Source: Felis catus
Taxonomy: Eukaryota
Assembly (NCBI RefSeq): GCF_018350175.1
Contig: NC_058368.1
Coordinates: forward strand, 163,062,001 to 163,126,000
DNA: 64,000 bases
Direction of reading: 5' to 3'
Shown: positions 38,745-51,600 of the stretch, in pieces
Numbering within the stretch: position 1 is the first letter of the stretch
Layout of the letters: the number at the start of each line of letters is the position of its first letter
The notes under the pieces: generated by a model
What the model saw: the letters and a program-made list of their open reading frames with translations, nothing else
Database searches by the model: none
What the model was told of the DNA's origin: nothing
Position numbers and translations under genes: made by a program

Positions 38745-38990
38745 AGGCACATACTAGTTGTGTGACCTTGGGCAAAAGCTTCTCTGTGAAAAAAATGCCC
38801 TCCCCTAGAAAACATTATTTTATATCATCCACTTTATATTTTTATATAACATAGGTATAAATATACTATCTACTTTATAGATTTGTTTTGAGGTTTAAAT
38901 GGTATAATACAAGTAACATACTTAAAACAATGTCTTAAATGCTTATAACATATGGATACCTAGTAAAGTTCAGCAATTATTATTCTATTA
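38745..38990 (+). mobile_element. MIR relic
   Basis: ACTAGTTGTGTGACCTTGGGCAA...TTGTTTTGAGGTTTAAATG. Confidence 0.55.
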
Positions 38991-39105
38991 CAGATGAGGA
39001 GAGAGAGTAATGATAAGATCCCCAGAAGGGCCCACATCTACTTACAAAGCACACTCACTCCCTTTGAGCTATATTAACTAGGTTCTAAAAATGTAGCCCT
39101 GACTC

Positions 39106-39614
39106 CAATTGATACTTGTACACCAATGTTCATAGCAACATTATTCACAATAGCCCAAGGTGGAAACGACCCAAATGCCCATCAGCAAATGAATGGTATA
39201 TACATACAACAGAATTTTATTTAGCCTTAAAAAACAATGAAATTCTGACACATGCTGCAGTATGTTGACATTCGGAAGATGTTATGCTAAGTGAAATAAA
39301 CCAGATGCAAAAGGACAAACATTGCAGGATTCTACTCACATAAGGTACCAAGGATAATCAAATTCATATAAACAGTAAGTAGAATGGTGATTGCCAAGGG
39401 ATGGGGGGGAGGGAGAATAGGGGGTTATTGTTTAAGGGGCAGGGAGTTTCAGTTTGGGAAGATGAAAGAATTCTTGAGATGGATGGTTGTGATGTTTGCA
39501 AAACAATGCAAATGTATTTAATGCCACTGAACTATACACTTAAAAATGGTTAAAATGGTAAATTTTATATTATGTATTTTTAACACAACAAAAAAAAAGG
39601 CTAAATAAATAAAT
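39106..39614 (+). mobile_element. Old L1 3' end (L1MB-like)
   Basis: ATGTTCATAGCAACATTATTCACAATAGCC...GTTTCAGTTTGGGAAGATGAAA...CACTTAAAAATGGTTAAAATGGTAAATTTTAT. TSD AAATGTAGCCCTG(A/G)CTC at 39089-39105 and 39615-39631. Confidence 0.9.
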
Positions 39615-40459
39615 AAATGTAGCCCTGGCTCTCTCCTCAACTGGCTTGTGAAGGTCCTCCAGCTCTCTGATAAGTCTACCTCTATTGACCTGAGTTTTCT
39701 CCTGTGTGCTCAAGAACGAATCTGTTGAACTGTAACAGAGTCTGTATAAATTTGTCCTGTTCTGCTCCATCCGCTATTTACTGAGCACCAATATCTCCTA
39801 TTGGAAACTGAAGTAATGAACCCAAGATGTCCAAATGAAATTGAGAAAGTTGTCTCCTTTTTTTTGCTTTTGCCTTCTGTAAAGGGGGTGTCAAAGTTAT
39901 AATTCTTCTTCCTCAATTTCTTACAGTTTTTAGTAAAATATTTCTTTCTGGTTTTATTTACAATCCCTCAATCTTTTCCCCAAACCTCAACAGACTACTA
40001 TTGTATACTCAAAGTTTTCTTCCCTTCATCCTCCATTTCATTAGTCTTGTGAGTCTGATTCTCTCTTCTCTTAGGATATGTGGCTGATATTTAGCTAGTA
40101 TACACCATTACGGCCATGCTATTGATTAAATACTGAAATGGTCTTCATGGGTTGCATACTGCTACTGTCCTGTGACCCTGAGTGCCTCCTCCTGCCTCCC
40201 TAGCCACCCCAGCCACCCCAGGCCATCCCTCCAGGACCCCTCACACCTGGCACTATTCCATCAACGAGGAGTTAGCACATAGCATGGTTAGTGCTTACAG
40301 GACCACACCTCATCACCCCCAACCAGTGGTCATTCTGATTGGCCAATGTCGTGTCTTAGCGGTTGTTAAATATTTTGAAATTGCCTCTGTCTGACATAGT
40401 CTGTTAGCTGGCTCCTTCACCTCTTAGAAATCGTCCTATTAAGTCATCAGCTATGCTCC

Positions 40460-40690
40460 ACTTCATTAGTCATCAAGAAAAGGCAAATAAAGAATGGAAT
40501 GAGATACCCCAACACATCCTACAGAATGGCTAGAATGAAAAAGAGAGTTGACAAGGATGTAGAACACATGCAGTTCCCATACACCACTGGTGGGAGTGCA
40601 GCTACGTGGGGAAATTGGTTACTGATATTTACTGAAGCTGAACGTATATGTGTTGGCACAGGTCATGACCCAGCAATTCCACGCTAAACA
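40460..40690 (+). mobile_element. Ancient L1 ORF2 C-terminal relic
   Basis: CATTAGTCATCAAGAAA...ATGAGATACC...AGAATGGCTA...ATGACCCAGCAATTCCAC. Confidence 0.7.
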
Positions 40691-41235
40691 GGGAAATGAC
40701 TCTCTCTCTACACTTTGCCTCCTCATCTTTCAACAAGGGGATATTCCCCAGGGTTGTTGTCTACCTACAAGGAGACCACAGATACTGGTTGCCCACCCTT
40801 CTCATATCCACAGTGGGACAGCATTTTGATGTGCGCAGCTTTCTCAATCCTAGTGTCTCACAGGTATTTTTATAATGCAGCACTCCTCAATCACAGTAAA
40901 AAAATTCTAACTCCTCTCCTGCCTGTTTCTGTGACTTAATAAACTTTATAAAAATACCACCACCCAGCATGGATTGCTGCCAAAGCTTTTTTGTTCTGTT
41001 CTCTACTTTTCCTCTTCAACAAGGATTCAATGGGCACTGCTAGTTCTCCTGTCTCTTTCTGGATAGAAATGTGAAGAAGGGACAAGCAGGAGAGCCACTT
41101 TAAAAAAGCAGAATCCATAAATTAGATGGGTACCCAAACATTTTCTGGTGGGTAGAGGCCAGAATAAGGGTGTAGCCTTGCTATTTTTTTCTCCATCCAG
41201 CTTAGCTTCTTCATATTGGTTAGAAACATATCCTA

Positions 41236-41415
41236 GGGGTGCCTTGGTGGCTCAGTCAGTTAAGCGTCCAACTTTAGCTCAGGTCATGATTTAATGGTTC
41301 ATGAGTTCAAGCCCCATGTTGGGCTCTGTGCTGACAGCTTGGAGACTGAAGCCTGCAAGCCTGCTTCGAATTCTTTGTCTCCCTCTCTCTCTGCCCCTTC
41401 CCCGCTTGCATTCTT

Positions 41416-41470
<55 letters not shown>

Positions 41471-41498
41471 AATGAATGAACACTAAAAATTTTTTTAA
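41236..41498 (+). mobile_element. CAN-SINE with a long (CT)n tract and an internal AAGCCTGC duplication
   Basis: Full length. Degenerate TSD AGAAACATATCCTAGG (41222) / AGAAATGTATCCCAGG (41499). Confidence 0.93.
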
Positions 41499-44454
41499 AG
41501 AAATGTATCCCAGGTTTTGACATTAGCTTTTCTGATAATCTTAGTTTTTGGTGAGGTCTCTACTGCATTTAGCAGAAATATGCATCAAGTGACTCAGGTC
41601 AGACACCATTTAAAACCAGAGAACTGCTCCTTTTTAGATTATTCGGCAAAAGATCATTCCTATCTTATACATTTATATATTCCCCCCCAACCTTGACCCC
41701 AAAACCTCTCAGGTAATGCTGACAGAGTCTTTTCTGACTTAGATTTTTTTATGTCACTACTCCACACTCATTCTTCAAGTAATGCCTCCCCTCCACCATC
41801 TCATGTCAGAAGGATGATCTTTTACAATATTAAAACACCTTCAAACTATAGTAGCAGCAACAGACTCAATTTCCACTAAAAGCCCAAAAGAGTGTCACTC
41901 TTGCCTTTAGTAATTTGAATATCCAGCAGTAACCCAGCTGTTTAAATATTCAGGATAGCACTTTTGTCTTCTGATGGTTACAAGAAGCTATAATTAATGC
42001 CCCCAAAGGTATTAATATCAGACCTACGCCTTTCTGCAGAACAGCCAAATCCAGCTATGTCAGGCAGAAGAAGACCACTCGGACATGTTAGTCATCACAA
42101 GAACTACTCTCATACACATAACTTAGAAAATAAAGTGTAATATTGGCTTCAACTCTAAGGCATGGCCATATTCCAATACCTTACTTTTAAAACTCTGGCC
42201 TCACCATTTGAAATCAAAGTTGGTATGCAGGTGGTGCCAATGGAACTTTCCCACCAGCCAACTGTGCCTGTAGGGAAGACAGGATTCCGATGAAGTCTCA
42301 CCAGCTTTGATTATCATCCAGTGCTGGTGCCACAGAACTGCCCTTTCCTACTTGTCAGCCCTCCAAGAGACACAATGGCTTCCATTAGGCAAAAGCAATA
42401 CCACAACAGTTATTACAGGAAGGAAGAGACATTCATCACTGGAATATTTTAGCAAATGAATCACAACAGACTGGTGCCATAACTCACGTTCTAAGGCCAA
42501 GTACAAAAATTATATGGTTTATTTTAAGGCAGCAGCAGAGTAAAAAAAAAAAAAACAGATTGAAAAACATATGATATCCCCTCCAGCTCAAAGCTCTATA
42601 AACAGCAGTGGCATTTGCAAAGTTCTGCGTGTCTTCTCAAATGTGGTTTCAGTTTTAATGTGTGTTGACATCTTTCTCTGTGTGCAGATTTAACTGGAAG
42701 AACAACAGTTTGTGCTTTTTTTTTTCATTTTGCTACAGGATGAGAAGAATAGGGAAAGAACCCAACAATCTGTATTTACATTGAGCAGCTATACACTCTG
42801 AATGAACACTAAGATATGGTTTTCCTTCGGTGATTTCAAATTAGCATAATGAAAACATGCTTAAGCCATTATAACACAGAAGAGATGTACTAGCCGTGGT
42901 GGCTCTTTACATTCTCCTGTGGAGCAGAGGCAAATGAAATAAATAAATAAGATGACTGGAAAGGAATTTTCTTTTTCAAAACCAATGTATGGTAGAGGAA
43001 CTGAGTGCCAGACTTCACAGAACCACACAAAAAACTGGAGCTTCGAATTGTAATTTCCAAAATAGTGGAGTGAAAAATTAAGGAGCTCTAACATGAAACA
43101 AATTTAGGAAGAAAGAGAAAGAAACAGCATGCCAAGAACTGTACTGATTAGGAAGTGGGCAATTTAATTTCTTCAGGAGAGTAAATCTCCAACATGAATT
43201 AATTTGCTTCACGCTGAGACCTGCTGGTTTTTCTTCTTTCCTCAATCACTGTTTATTTCACAAAATCAGCACTCACCTATCTTCTTTGATTATTTAATTT
43301 TGGGAGGATTTTCCTTTCACAAAGCAGTTAGCGTAGCTAAACTCACTCTGCATGCCATGTGTAAACACATTATAATGGCCTGCCTAGGTGTGGAGATTAT
43401 TTATTTCATCTTGGAGACATTGTTTTGAAGTTCTACTTCCCCTCAAGTGAAATCTCTCAGTGACATTGCTGAATCCACTTCCCACAGAATACATCTTTCA
43501 TTGACATTTGCCAAATGCACAGGTTCTGATACAAAATCCGGAAAGCAGTATTCAAACCATGGCATACATATTCTTATTTCTAAAGAAGTGAGTGGGTCAT
43601 GGGAGATAGCCGATAGCACTTGTAAATAATACACAAAATGCCATTTTAAAATGAAAATAGGCATTGACGTCTTTGTTAGTAACTTCTCTGTGGATGTCTA
43701 AACTCTCCTGAGTTTTCATTTTATGCACGTAGGTCAATGTAATAGCAAGGTTTATTAGGATTCAAGGCTATGCCTTTTTTAAAAAAAGGAGACTGGTATC
43801 TCAATGAATTTCTTCTGGCAGAATATTTAGACAGAGATTATTAGAAATATGGTACACTTAGAAATAAACAACTAAAGATCCCCTTAGAAGTGCCACAGAG
43901 TTTGTTTTTAACTTTGCCTCAAGGACAAGCATGACGCATATAGCCTCTTCTTTAATCTTTGTTTCTGCTTCTTTACTGCTTCTGATTAGTGACCTCAATT
44001 GAGACTCATTGCTCATGGCAAAGGCTGCTAATGGATTGTTTGAGCCTGAATGTGTTAGGATGGAATATTCCATCTCCCCAGACCCAAGGCCAGGGCTTTT
44101 CCACCTCCCGGACATTCTACTCAGATTTCTAGATAGTGATGATCAGGTTATGCAAACTGAGTGCTTTTTCACTTTTTAAAAAACAAAGTTCTCCTTTATC
44201 ATGTTCTATATAGTGATATTTGTGGTCATTATATTCAAAAGCACACTGTTGGGCTGCCTCAATTTGAGCCAAGGCATTTTCTTATCAAAACCCATGCCAG
44301 GAGAGATCAAATCAGGAAACCAAATATTCATATAGATCTTCACAGTGAACTTTAATCATGAGGTAACCGCTCAGATTATTAGTCTATTGTAATTACGTTT
44401 ATATGTTTTACTCACATGCTTTGTCACTTAAGAGACATGAAAATTCTATTCATC

Positions 44455-44483
44455 GTTGCTAGGAGATGGGTGACTATGGCAAC
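44455..44483. promoter_or_regulatory. Two adjacent RFX X-box-like motifs
   Basis: GTTGCTAGGAGATG (44455-44468) and GTGACTATGGCAAC (44470-44483). Confidence 0.5.
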
Positions 44484-47400
44484 AGTGTGGGACAGAGCCA
44501 AGATGCAGTGCCTCAAGCATAGTCAGGTTTAGGCTCCGTTTTGATCTCTAACTGACTCCATAGCAGTCCTGTCCAAAGAAGCCCCAAATCGCTGCCTCTT
44601 CAGCTTGTTTCAAAAGATACACCACATGGCTTCTTCTCGCACACATCAGTTCTCCCCATTTAACAAGTGTCTTTTCAGTGCTTAACTGTACACCATGAAG
44701 TTGTCTGGAAAAGAGAAAAGCTGGATAACAAGGGGATTATCACTATTTAGCTGTGTTTTCATACTGTTATTAATTTAGTTCAGATCCGGTGCCATATGCT
44801 TGTCGTCATCATTCCACTGAACTCCTAGTGACTTTCATAGAAGTTCCATGCAAAGAATGAGAGCAACATATGGTTCTAATAGTGGTTTGTTCATTCCTCA
44901 AAGATTTATGGATGTTTTAAAGTCATTAATCGTTATCATTGAGACACCCTTCAATGTGTTCAGAAGGAGTACTTTCACTGATTTAAAGGAATCCTCACCA
45001 TGCAGCCATGTCTAGTATGAAAAATAATGTTTGTTTTTCCTTAAAATCTTGGAAAGAAAAGAAAATTACTGATTTATCCCTCTTACAATCAAGGAAGGTG
45101 GCGGCAAATTACAATCATCAATGGTCATAGGAAATGGCCATTATATCTAGTATTCTAAAAGTAATTGCTATTGGATCATGAAAGTCTTAACGGATTTACT
45201 CATCATTTTCATGATGTCACTCCCCTTCAAAAAGCTATGACTCCCTATCGTCCACCACATCAAATTCAAATTCCTTCACCTGGTCTTCCTCTACTTGGGC
45301 CCCAACAATCCATCGAGGATAATTTATTCCCCTACTTAAATCTTTCCTCTGACCATATTAGAGGAATTATCTCACTATCTCTCCCTTCCCACAGTTATTC
45401 AGATAGATAATCTCTATTTCCATTTCTGTACCTATGTGGCTGCCATTTCCTAAAATGTCTTCTCCGTCATGAATGCTCATTTTGGTTCAAATACTTATCA
45501 GGTATCTTCCATGGGCATGATGAGAGCACCACACCATCTAATAAGGGCAACAGATCCATAAAACTCAACAGTGGACCTCATTTTTGAAGCGTTCACTGTA
45601 CACAGGACTCACTGAGACCCTACTCCCTATTTAATAATGTTCAGAATCTTGTCACTGTCATCTCTGGCCAACAGATCAAAGACCTGAGTCCTTGCTCAAA
45701 TGGTCAAGGGTAAATGATTTGCCCAAAGTCAGAGAGCCACTTAGCAGTAAAACTGAAACTACAACCTAGGTCTGTCTCATTTAAAAAATGGTACTTAATC
45801 ACACTGCTGTTTTCACACAATGAGATACTTTCAGTAATGTAAACATGTATTTCATAAAGATAGGAACCACTAACGGAGAATGATCCACTCCATTAGGGAG
45901 GGTCAGAGAAGAGTCCCTAGGGTTTAGAAAGGGGGTAATTTATAAATAAGTAGTTTGACAGTGAATTTAGTAGGCAAAACACATTTTTGGAAAGGGGCTG
46001 AACTTAGAATTTTATTCTCTTTTCAGCTTCTTTTAATACCAGTCCTATCAACTTCATGCTTTCTTTTATCAAAGTGCAACTCAACGCCTACCTCTTTCCT
46101 ACTGTTGTCAGTCTGCACATTGACCTTTGCTCTTTTCATTCTCCTCTAAACTCTAATGGCACTTCTTTTGCAGGAGCCCCTTAGGTCTTGATTAGATACT
46201 GTTTTATGCTGCTCTCAGTTTTCTGCACCATTCAAACACTGAGGACAGTAACCACATTTTTATCTCTTTTGTAGCTTCCAAAGCACCCAGAGCTGTATTA
46301 GAAACATCCTTGGTGATCTGCATGTGCCACTGATTGGCAATAAGTCCTCTATCATGTTTATAGGTTGTAAATTCTTTCATGCGTGCAATCTTCTTGGATA
46401 TTCACAATAACCCAGAGAAGTATGCTGTGTGCTGTTTTTCATCCCCATTTTGCAGACTGGAGGAAACTATAATTTAGAGTAGTTTGTTGGAAAACCCAGA
46501 ATCACCCTGGCAGTAAACAAATGAGACATTCAGTAAAAGAATCTAGGTGCTGTCTTCACTATACAATTCTTAATTCAGAGCATGATGGATAGATGGGCTA
46601 ACTTCCATATTCTGGAAGATGTATCAAGTCTCATATCCACATTATCACCAGTGAGTCTGTAATATAATTCTGTCTTCATATAATAAGTGTCTAGCCAATT
46701 TTATCTCAGAGAAGTAACTGCAAAATATTTCACTTAAGCCATTCAACCAGTTGATAGTTGAACAAAGAGCAAAGAAAGGGATTTTGAAAATGTGCATAAA
46801 GTAGCATGGTTACTCTTGTCCACTTGAGAATCAGCTTAACAAGTCTCATACAGACTGCAAACAGCAGGTGGGTATTTCCCAGCCATCTGCTGATTTCTCC
46901 AATTGAGAGCCCTTGAGAAAGTCACTAACATGATTGTGAAAGGGATGAACAGTCCTGCTCATTAATCAAAGACTGCAGGAAAGTAACCAAACTTGACTCT
47001 CCCTGCTGAAGGCTGGGCACACCGTCAAAGCCCAGGAGGGCACGATGTAGGATAAAATGTCTCCTCTACTCAATGCAGAACTTGCTTTCACTACCATGGA
47101 AAGACCCTCAGTCAATGGCCCTAGGTGAATCCACTGTGAACACACATCCTGAATGAAGATCAGAGCCCTAAGTGAGCCCTTTAAAGGGCCTCTTTGGCAG
47201 AACACTGTTTTATCTCATCAGAAGTCAAACCTGAAATTATCTTGACATTTTTAACTGATGAGGGAGCAGGTAAGCATGTTATAAAGCATTCACTGAGTCT
47301 CAAAGGGCTTATTGGATCTTCCATCTGGCCCGCTCTTCTGCCCCCAGACCCAGAGATAATTCTCCAATATTGACCACTGGGACAGAATTCAAAGGAGATA

Positions 47401-48174
47401 TGTGAGTTCCACTTACCAGTGGTTCTGTTCAGAAAATTTGAGTCTAGCTGCTTCGAAGTATGTCTGCATTTAACACTCCGAACCCCCTTCTCCATTGTCT
47501 TCCTTCTCTCCTTCCCATTATTCTACACATGCACCCAACTACATGGCTTTAAGATAAGGGATTTGTCCTATTTCTTTTTCTTTCTCCACTGACACCCCTC
47601 CAGAATACATGTAATGTATGGTCAGGTTAATAACATTTACTAAAGACAAGGCATTAGATTCAATTGAAGGGAAAAAAATAAAATTAGCTTAAACAAGTGT
47701 GGAAAGAATTCAATCTCACTAGTAAACAAACAAAAAAACTATATACCACTTCTACCTATATACTTGGCAAAGCTCTTTTAAATTTCTTTTTTCTTCTTTT
47801 TTAACAAAATTTATTTTGTATTTTGTAATGAGATTTCTCAGTGGCAGAGTCACTTTGTAAATAAATTGCCATAAGTTATTCAATCCTGATTAAATTCTCA
47901 ATGACATGCTGTTCTCTACTTCAGATCAGCTTCCCACCTCAGAGATCAAGCTTCTTATTCCTGACTTTGTCCCAACAGTTTCCAAGTTTTCCCTGTTCAA
48001 ATCTCTCTTGATCCTGGTAATGATTTCTTCCTCTCTATTGGATCTCTCAACTCTCTCGTCCACACCAACTGCACCACAGCCCAAGAGGGCTTAAAGGCAC
48101 TCTTTGGGCACTGCCTGCTCCAACCCCTTTCCAACATTGTGCCCATCACAGTGCACTCCTCACACTCAGCTTCT

Positions 48175-48380
48175 TTTTTTTTTTTTTTAAGTTTTTAGTT
48201 TTTTTTTTTTTTTTTGAGAGACAAAGCAGAGGAGGTGCAGAGAAAGGAGGGGACAGAGGATCTGAAGCGGGCTCTGTGCTGACAACAGTGAGACCAATGC
48301 AGGGCTTGAACTCATGAACCATGAGATCGTGACCTGAGCCCAAGTCAGATGCTTAACCAACTGAGCTACCCAGGCGCCCC
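48175..48380 (-). mobile_element. CAN-SINE
   Basis: Reverse SINE with a long poly-T. TSD CACAC(T/C)CAGCTTCT at 48161-48174 and 48383-48396. Confidence 0.94.
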
Positions 48381-48495
48381 CACACACCCAGCTTCTGATG
48401 TGACTATAGACTTACTGATTCATCTTGATTTTCCTTTACTGTGCTAATTAGCTCACATAAAATATTTTTGATATTTAAAAATACCAGAACAATTC

Positions 48496-48722
48496 AGAGG
48501 CACCAGGATGGCTCAGTTGGTTAAGCGTCTGACTTCAGCTCGAGTCATGATCTCATGGTTCGTAGGTTTGAACCCCATGTTTGGCTTTGTGCTGACAGCT
48601 CAGAGCCTGGAACCTGCTTTGGATTCTGTGTCTCCCTCTCTCTCTGCCCCTCCCCTGCTCACATTCTGTCCGTCTCTCTCTTTCTCTCAAAAATAAATAG
48701 ACATTAAAAAAATTGTTTTAAA
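48496..48722 (+). mobile_element. CAN-SINE
   Basis: Perfect 20-bp direct repeat TAAAAATACCAGAACAATTC at 48476-48495 and 48723-48742. Confidence 0.95.
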
Positions 48723-49275
48723 TAAAAATACCAGAACAATTCTTGTTTTTTTCAGTCAATATATCCCAGTTTGGGAGGGGGGATGAAAAGCCATTCTGTA
48801 TCTGCACACAAGTTATTGACAGAAAAGCATTAACTTGCCTCATGAGCACTTCAATTAGTTCTCAAAGTACATCTTTCTTACACTACCTTCTCTGCTTTTA
48901 TTTCCATGAAGAATACATTATTTCCTTCCTCAAAAGGCTATGGCAGTAAGAAATGAGATGAAAGCAGCACACACAGTATGCATCCATGTTGCCCTGGAAG
49001 GTACTGAATGTGTTTCCCCTGAGTTCCCTTCCTTTGAGTTTCACGCTGTTATAAATGTTACTTTCCAAAGACTACTAAAGATTCTTTTCAAAGTGACCTG
49101 GGAACTTCCAAATCAATCAAACTCTATTTTTTAAAGATGGCAGGAATGTTTTGTGATAACATCTAAAAATACATTTTAATAGAACCAACATTTATAGCGG
49201 CGTGGATAAATTTATAAATTACATTGTCAGAATCTCAATTTTATTTATGCCAAATTGAAATATAAAGCACCGTAT

Positions 49276-49486
49276 GGGATATCTGGGTGACTCAGTTGGT
49301 TGAGTGACCAACTCGTGATTTTCACTAAGGTCATGATCTTGTGGTTGGCAAGTTTAAACCCCACATCCAGCTCTGCCCTGATAGTGTAGAACCTGCTTGG
49401 GATTCTCTCTCTCTCTCTCTCTCCCTCTCTCTCTATGGCCCTCCCTCTCCTCACACAAAATAAATAAATAAGCTTAAAGAAAAAGA
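49276..49486 (+). mobile_element. Diverged CAN-SINE, older subfamily
   Basis: GGGATATCTGGGTGACTCAGTTGGTTGAG...ACCTGCTTGGGATTCTCTCTC...AAATAAATAAATAA. Confidence 0.85.
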
Positions 49487-49772
49487 AAATATAAATAGCA
49501 TATACAAATGAACCCTTAGAAAACTCAAATACAATATTATGTACCTGTTTCAATTTGTTTCCCCACCACCATCATATGTAAGGACAGATTAAGCCCTGAG
49601 TTATGTTCCTATTTAGTTTTCCTATCCAATTTCTGTTCTCGATCACTTTAAGCAGAGAGGATTACTCAAGGGCAGGTAACCAGAGGGAAAATAGGTAAAG
49701 CAAAAAGCCTGTATTATCTTCATATTAGAGTATTCATATTGAGTAAGTGAATAATTAAGAGTTAACAATACA

Positions 49773-50005
49773 CGGGCACCTGGGTGGCTCAGTTGGTTAA
49801 GCATCAGACTTCAGCTCACATCATGATCTTACAGTTTGTGTGTTCAAGGCTGACGTCAGGCTCTGTGCTGACAGCTCAGAGCCTGGAGCCTGCTTAGGAT
49901 TCTGTGTCTCCCTCGATCTCTGTCCCTCCCCCGCTCATGCTCGCTCACTCTCTCACTGTCTCTCTCTCTCAAAAATAACAATTAAAAAGTTAAAAAAATT
50001 TAAAA
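49773..50005 (+). mobile_element. CAN-SINE
   Basis: 16-bp TSD AAGAGTTAACAATACA at 49757-49772 and 50006-50021. Confidence 0.95.
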
Positions 50006-50806
50006 AAGAGTTAACAATACATTTCTTATTGTTTTTGTAGATTAATATTTCCAATAAAATAATCAGTAATGCTCTCTAAAGCACACACCTAAGAAAACAC
50101 ATTTAAGTTATCAAGCTTTACTGTTATTACTTACATTAATTTAATGTAACTTGGAAAAACAATCACACTTTATATTTTAAACTTCTTTGAAATTGTATAC
50201 AAAATGGACTCCCTTGCACAAAAATATGGATTCAAAGTGATCTTGGTTTACATAAGTGATTTTAATTTAAAAAAAAAAAACAAGTCAGGGCATTTGCTGA
50301 ACTCTAGGAGATTTGTTTTTACTGCCCTTCACTAGTGTGCTTAGGCATTCTTACTGTTAAGAATTCCAGAATGGTCTATGTATTTCTTAAGAAAATGAGC
50401 TTGACAAATAATCACTAAATGAGTTTTTATTCTGCAAATTGATAGTAAAGTAATAGTTTCTATTTGCCACCTGATTTTCTCTTTATTTTCCAACAAAATT
50501 TAAAAATAGGCAGATTCATCCATTAAAGCGTTAAAACACATCCTCAACTGAATCTACAGTCAAGTTTAATTGAGAAGAAATACAAAATTATCCTCTAACA
50601 CATAAGAGGCTAATCATATATTCTGGATATAATGGGACAGCCATAATTTCAAATATTTGGTCCATTGATGTGTCCCAATTTTTGATCTAAGATAGAGGAT
50701 TACTCCAACCATATGATTGTGTGGGTTGACATTGACTGGTTACTTTCAGTTAGTGCAGAAAGACTCATTTCCAGAGGTTAGTTGGAACACAGCATATGCC
50801 AGCTAC

Positions 50807-50988
50807 ATGGTGGCTTCCAGAAAGGAGGTGGGGGAGGGGGGTGAAATAAATGAATGGGACCAAGAACACTTACTCTTATCTTGATGAGCACTGAGTAATG
50901 TATAGAATTGTTGAATCATTGTATTATATATCTGAAATTAATATAACACTGTATGTTAATCATACTTCAATTAAAAGAAAGAAAAAAA
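50807..50988 (+). mobile_element. Short carnivore L1 3' end
   Basis: GATGAGCACTGAGTAATGTATAGAATTGTTGAATCA...AATATAACACTGTATGTTAA followed by an A-rich tail. Confidence 0.85.
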
Positions 50989-51374
50989 CAATGAAAGCAT
51001 TCTATGAGAATCAATTGATTATATGGAATTGGCAATAAATGGTGTTGCATATAAAAATAAAATAAACTCTGTGAAAAAACACATATGCCAACCATGTATG
51101 AGGCAGCTCTTGAATAACTTTACAATTTCTGTATTATAGCTTTGCCATCCTCATATAGAGAGTTTCTGACCACAGAAATGAATTGCAAATTTTTCTGAAG
51201 GCAACTCATCTTGGTTCCGCATAATAAAAACCAGTAAGGCAGTGTGTGTGGTGCAAAGTACATGTCACTTTGTGATTACAAGGTTTTAATTCAAAATGTT
51301 CAAAGCAAATTTTTAATAGAGCAAACTGAATCAGACGTTCAAATGTCATGTACTCTGACAACTTTTGTCTCCCC

Positions 51375-51600
51375 TGCACCAAGATAATGGACTTCAAAGC
51401 CAGAGAGACGTGGCTTCTTCATTTCCTAGCTGCAAGATGTTTCCGAAACTTAGTTAACCTCCAGAACTTTATTTCCTCAATGGCAAAGTGGGGTGAAGAG
51501 TTTACAGAATTGCTGGCAGCTTTAAATGAGCTAAAGAAATGTGAGAATGTCTGGCGTGTTGCCTGGCATATAGCAGATACCCAATAAATGTTAGTTTCAT
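51375..51600 (+). mobile_element. MIR
   Basis: AGTTAACCTCCAGAACTTTATTTCCTCA...TTAAATGAGCTAA...GCCTGGCATATAGCAGATACCCAATAAATGTTAG. Confidence 0.65.
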
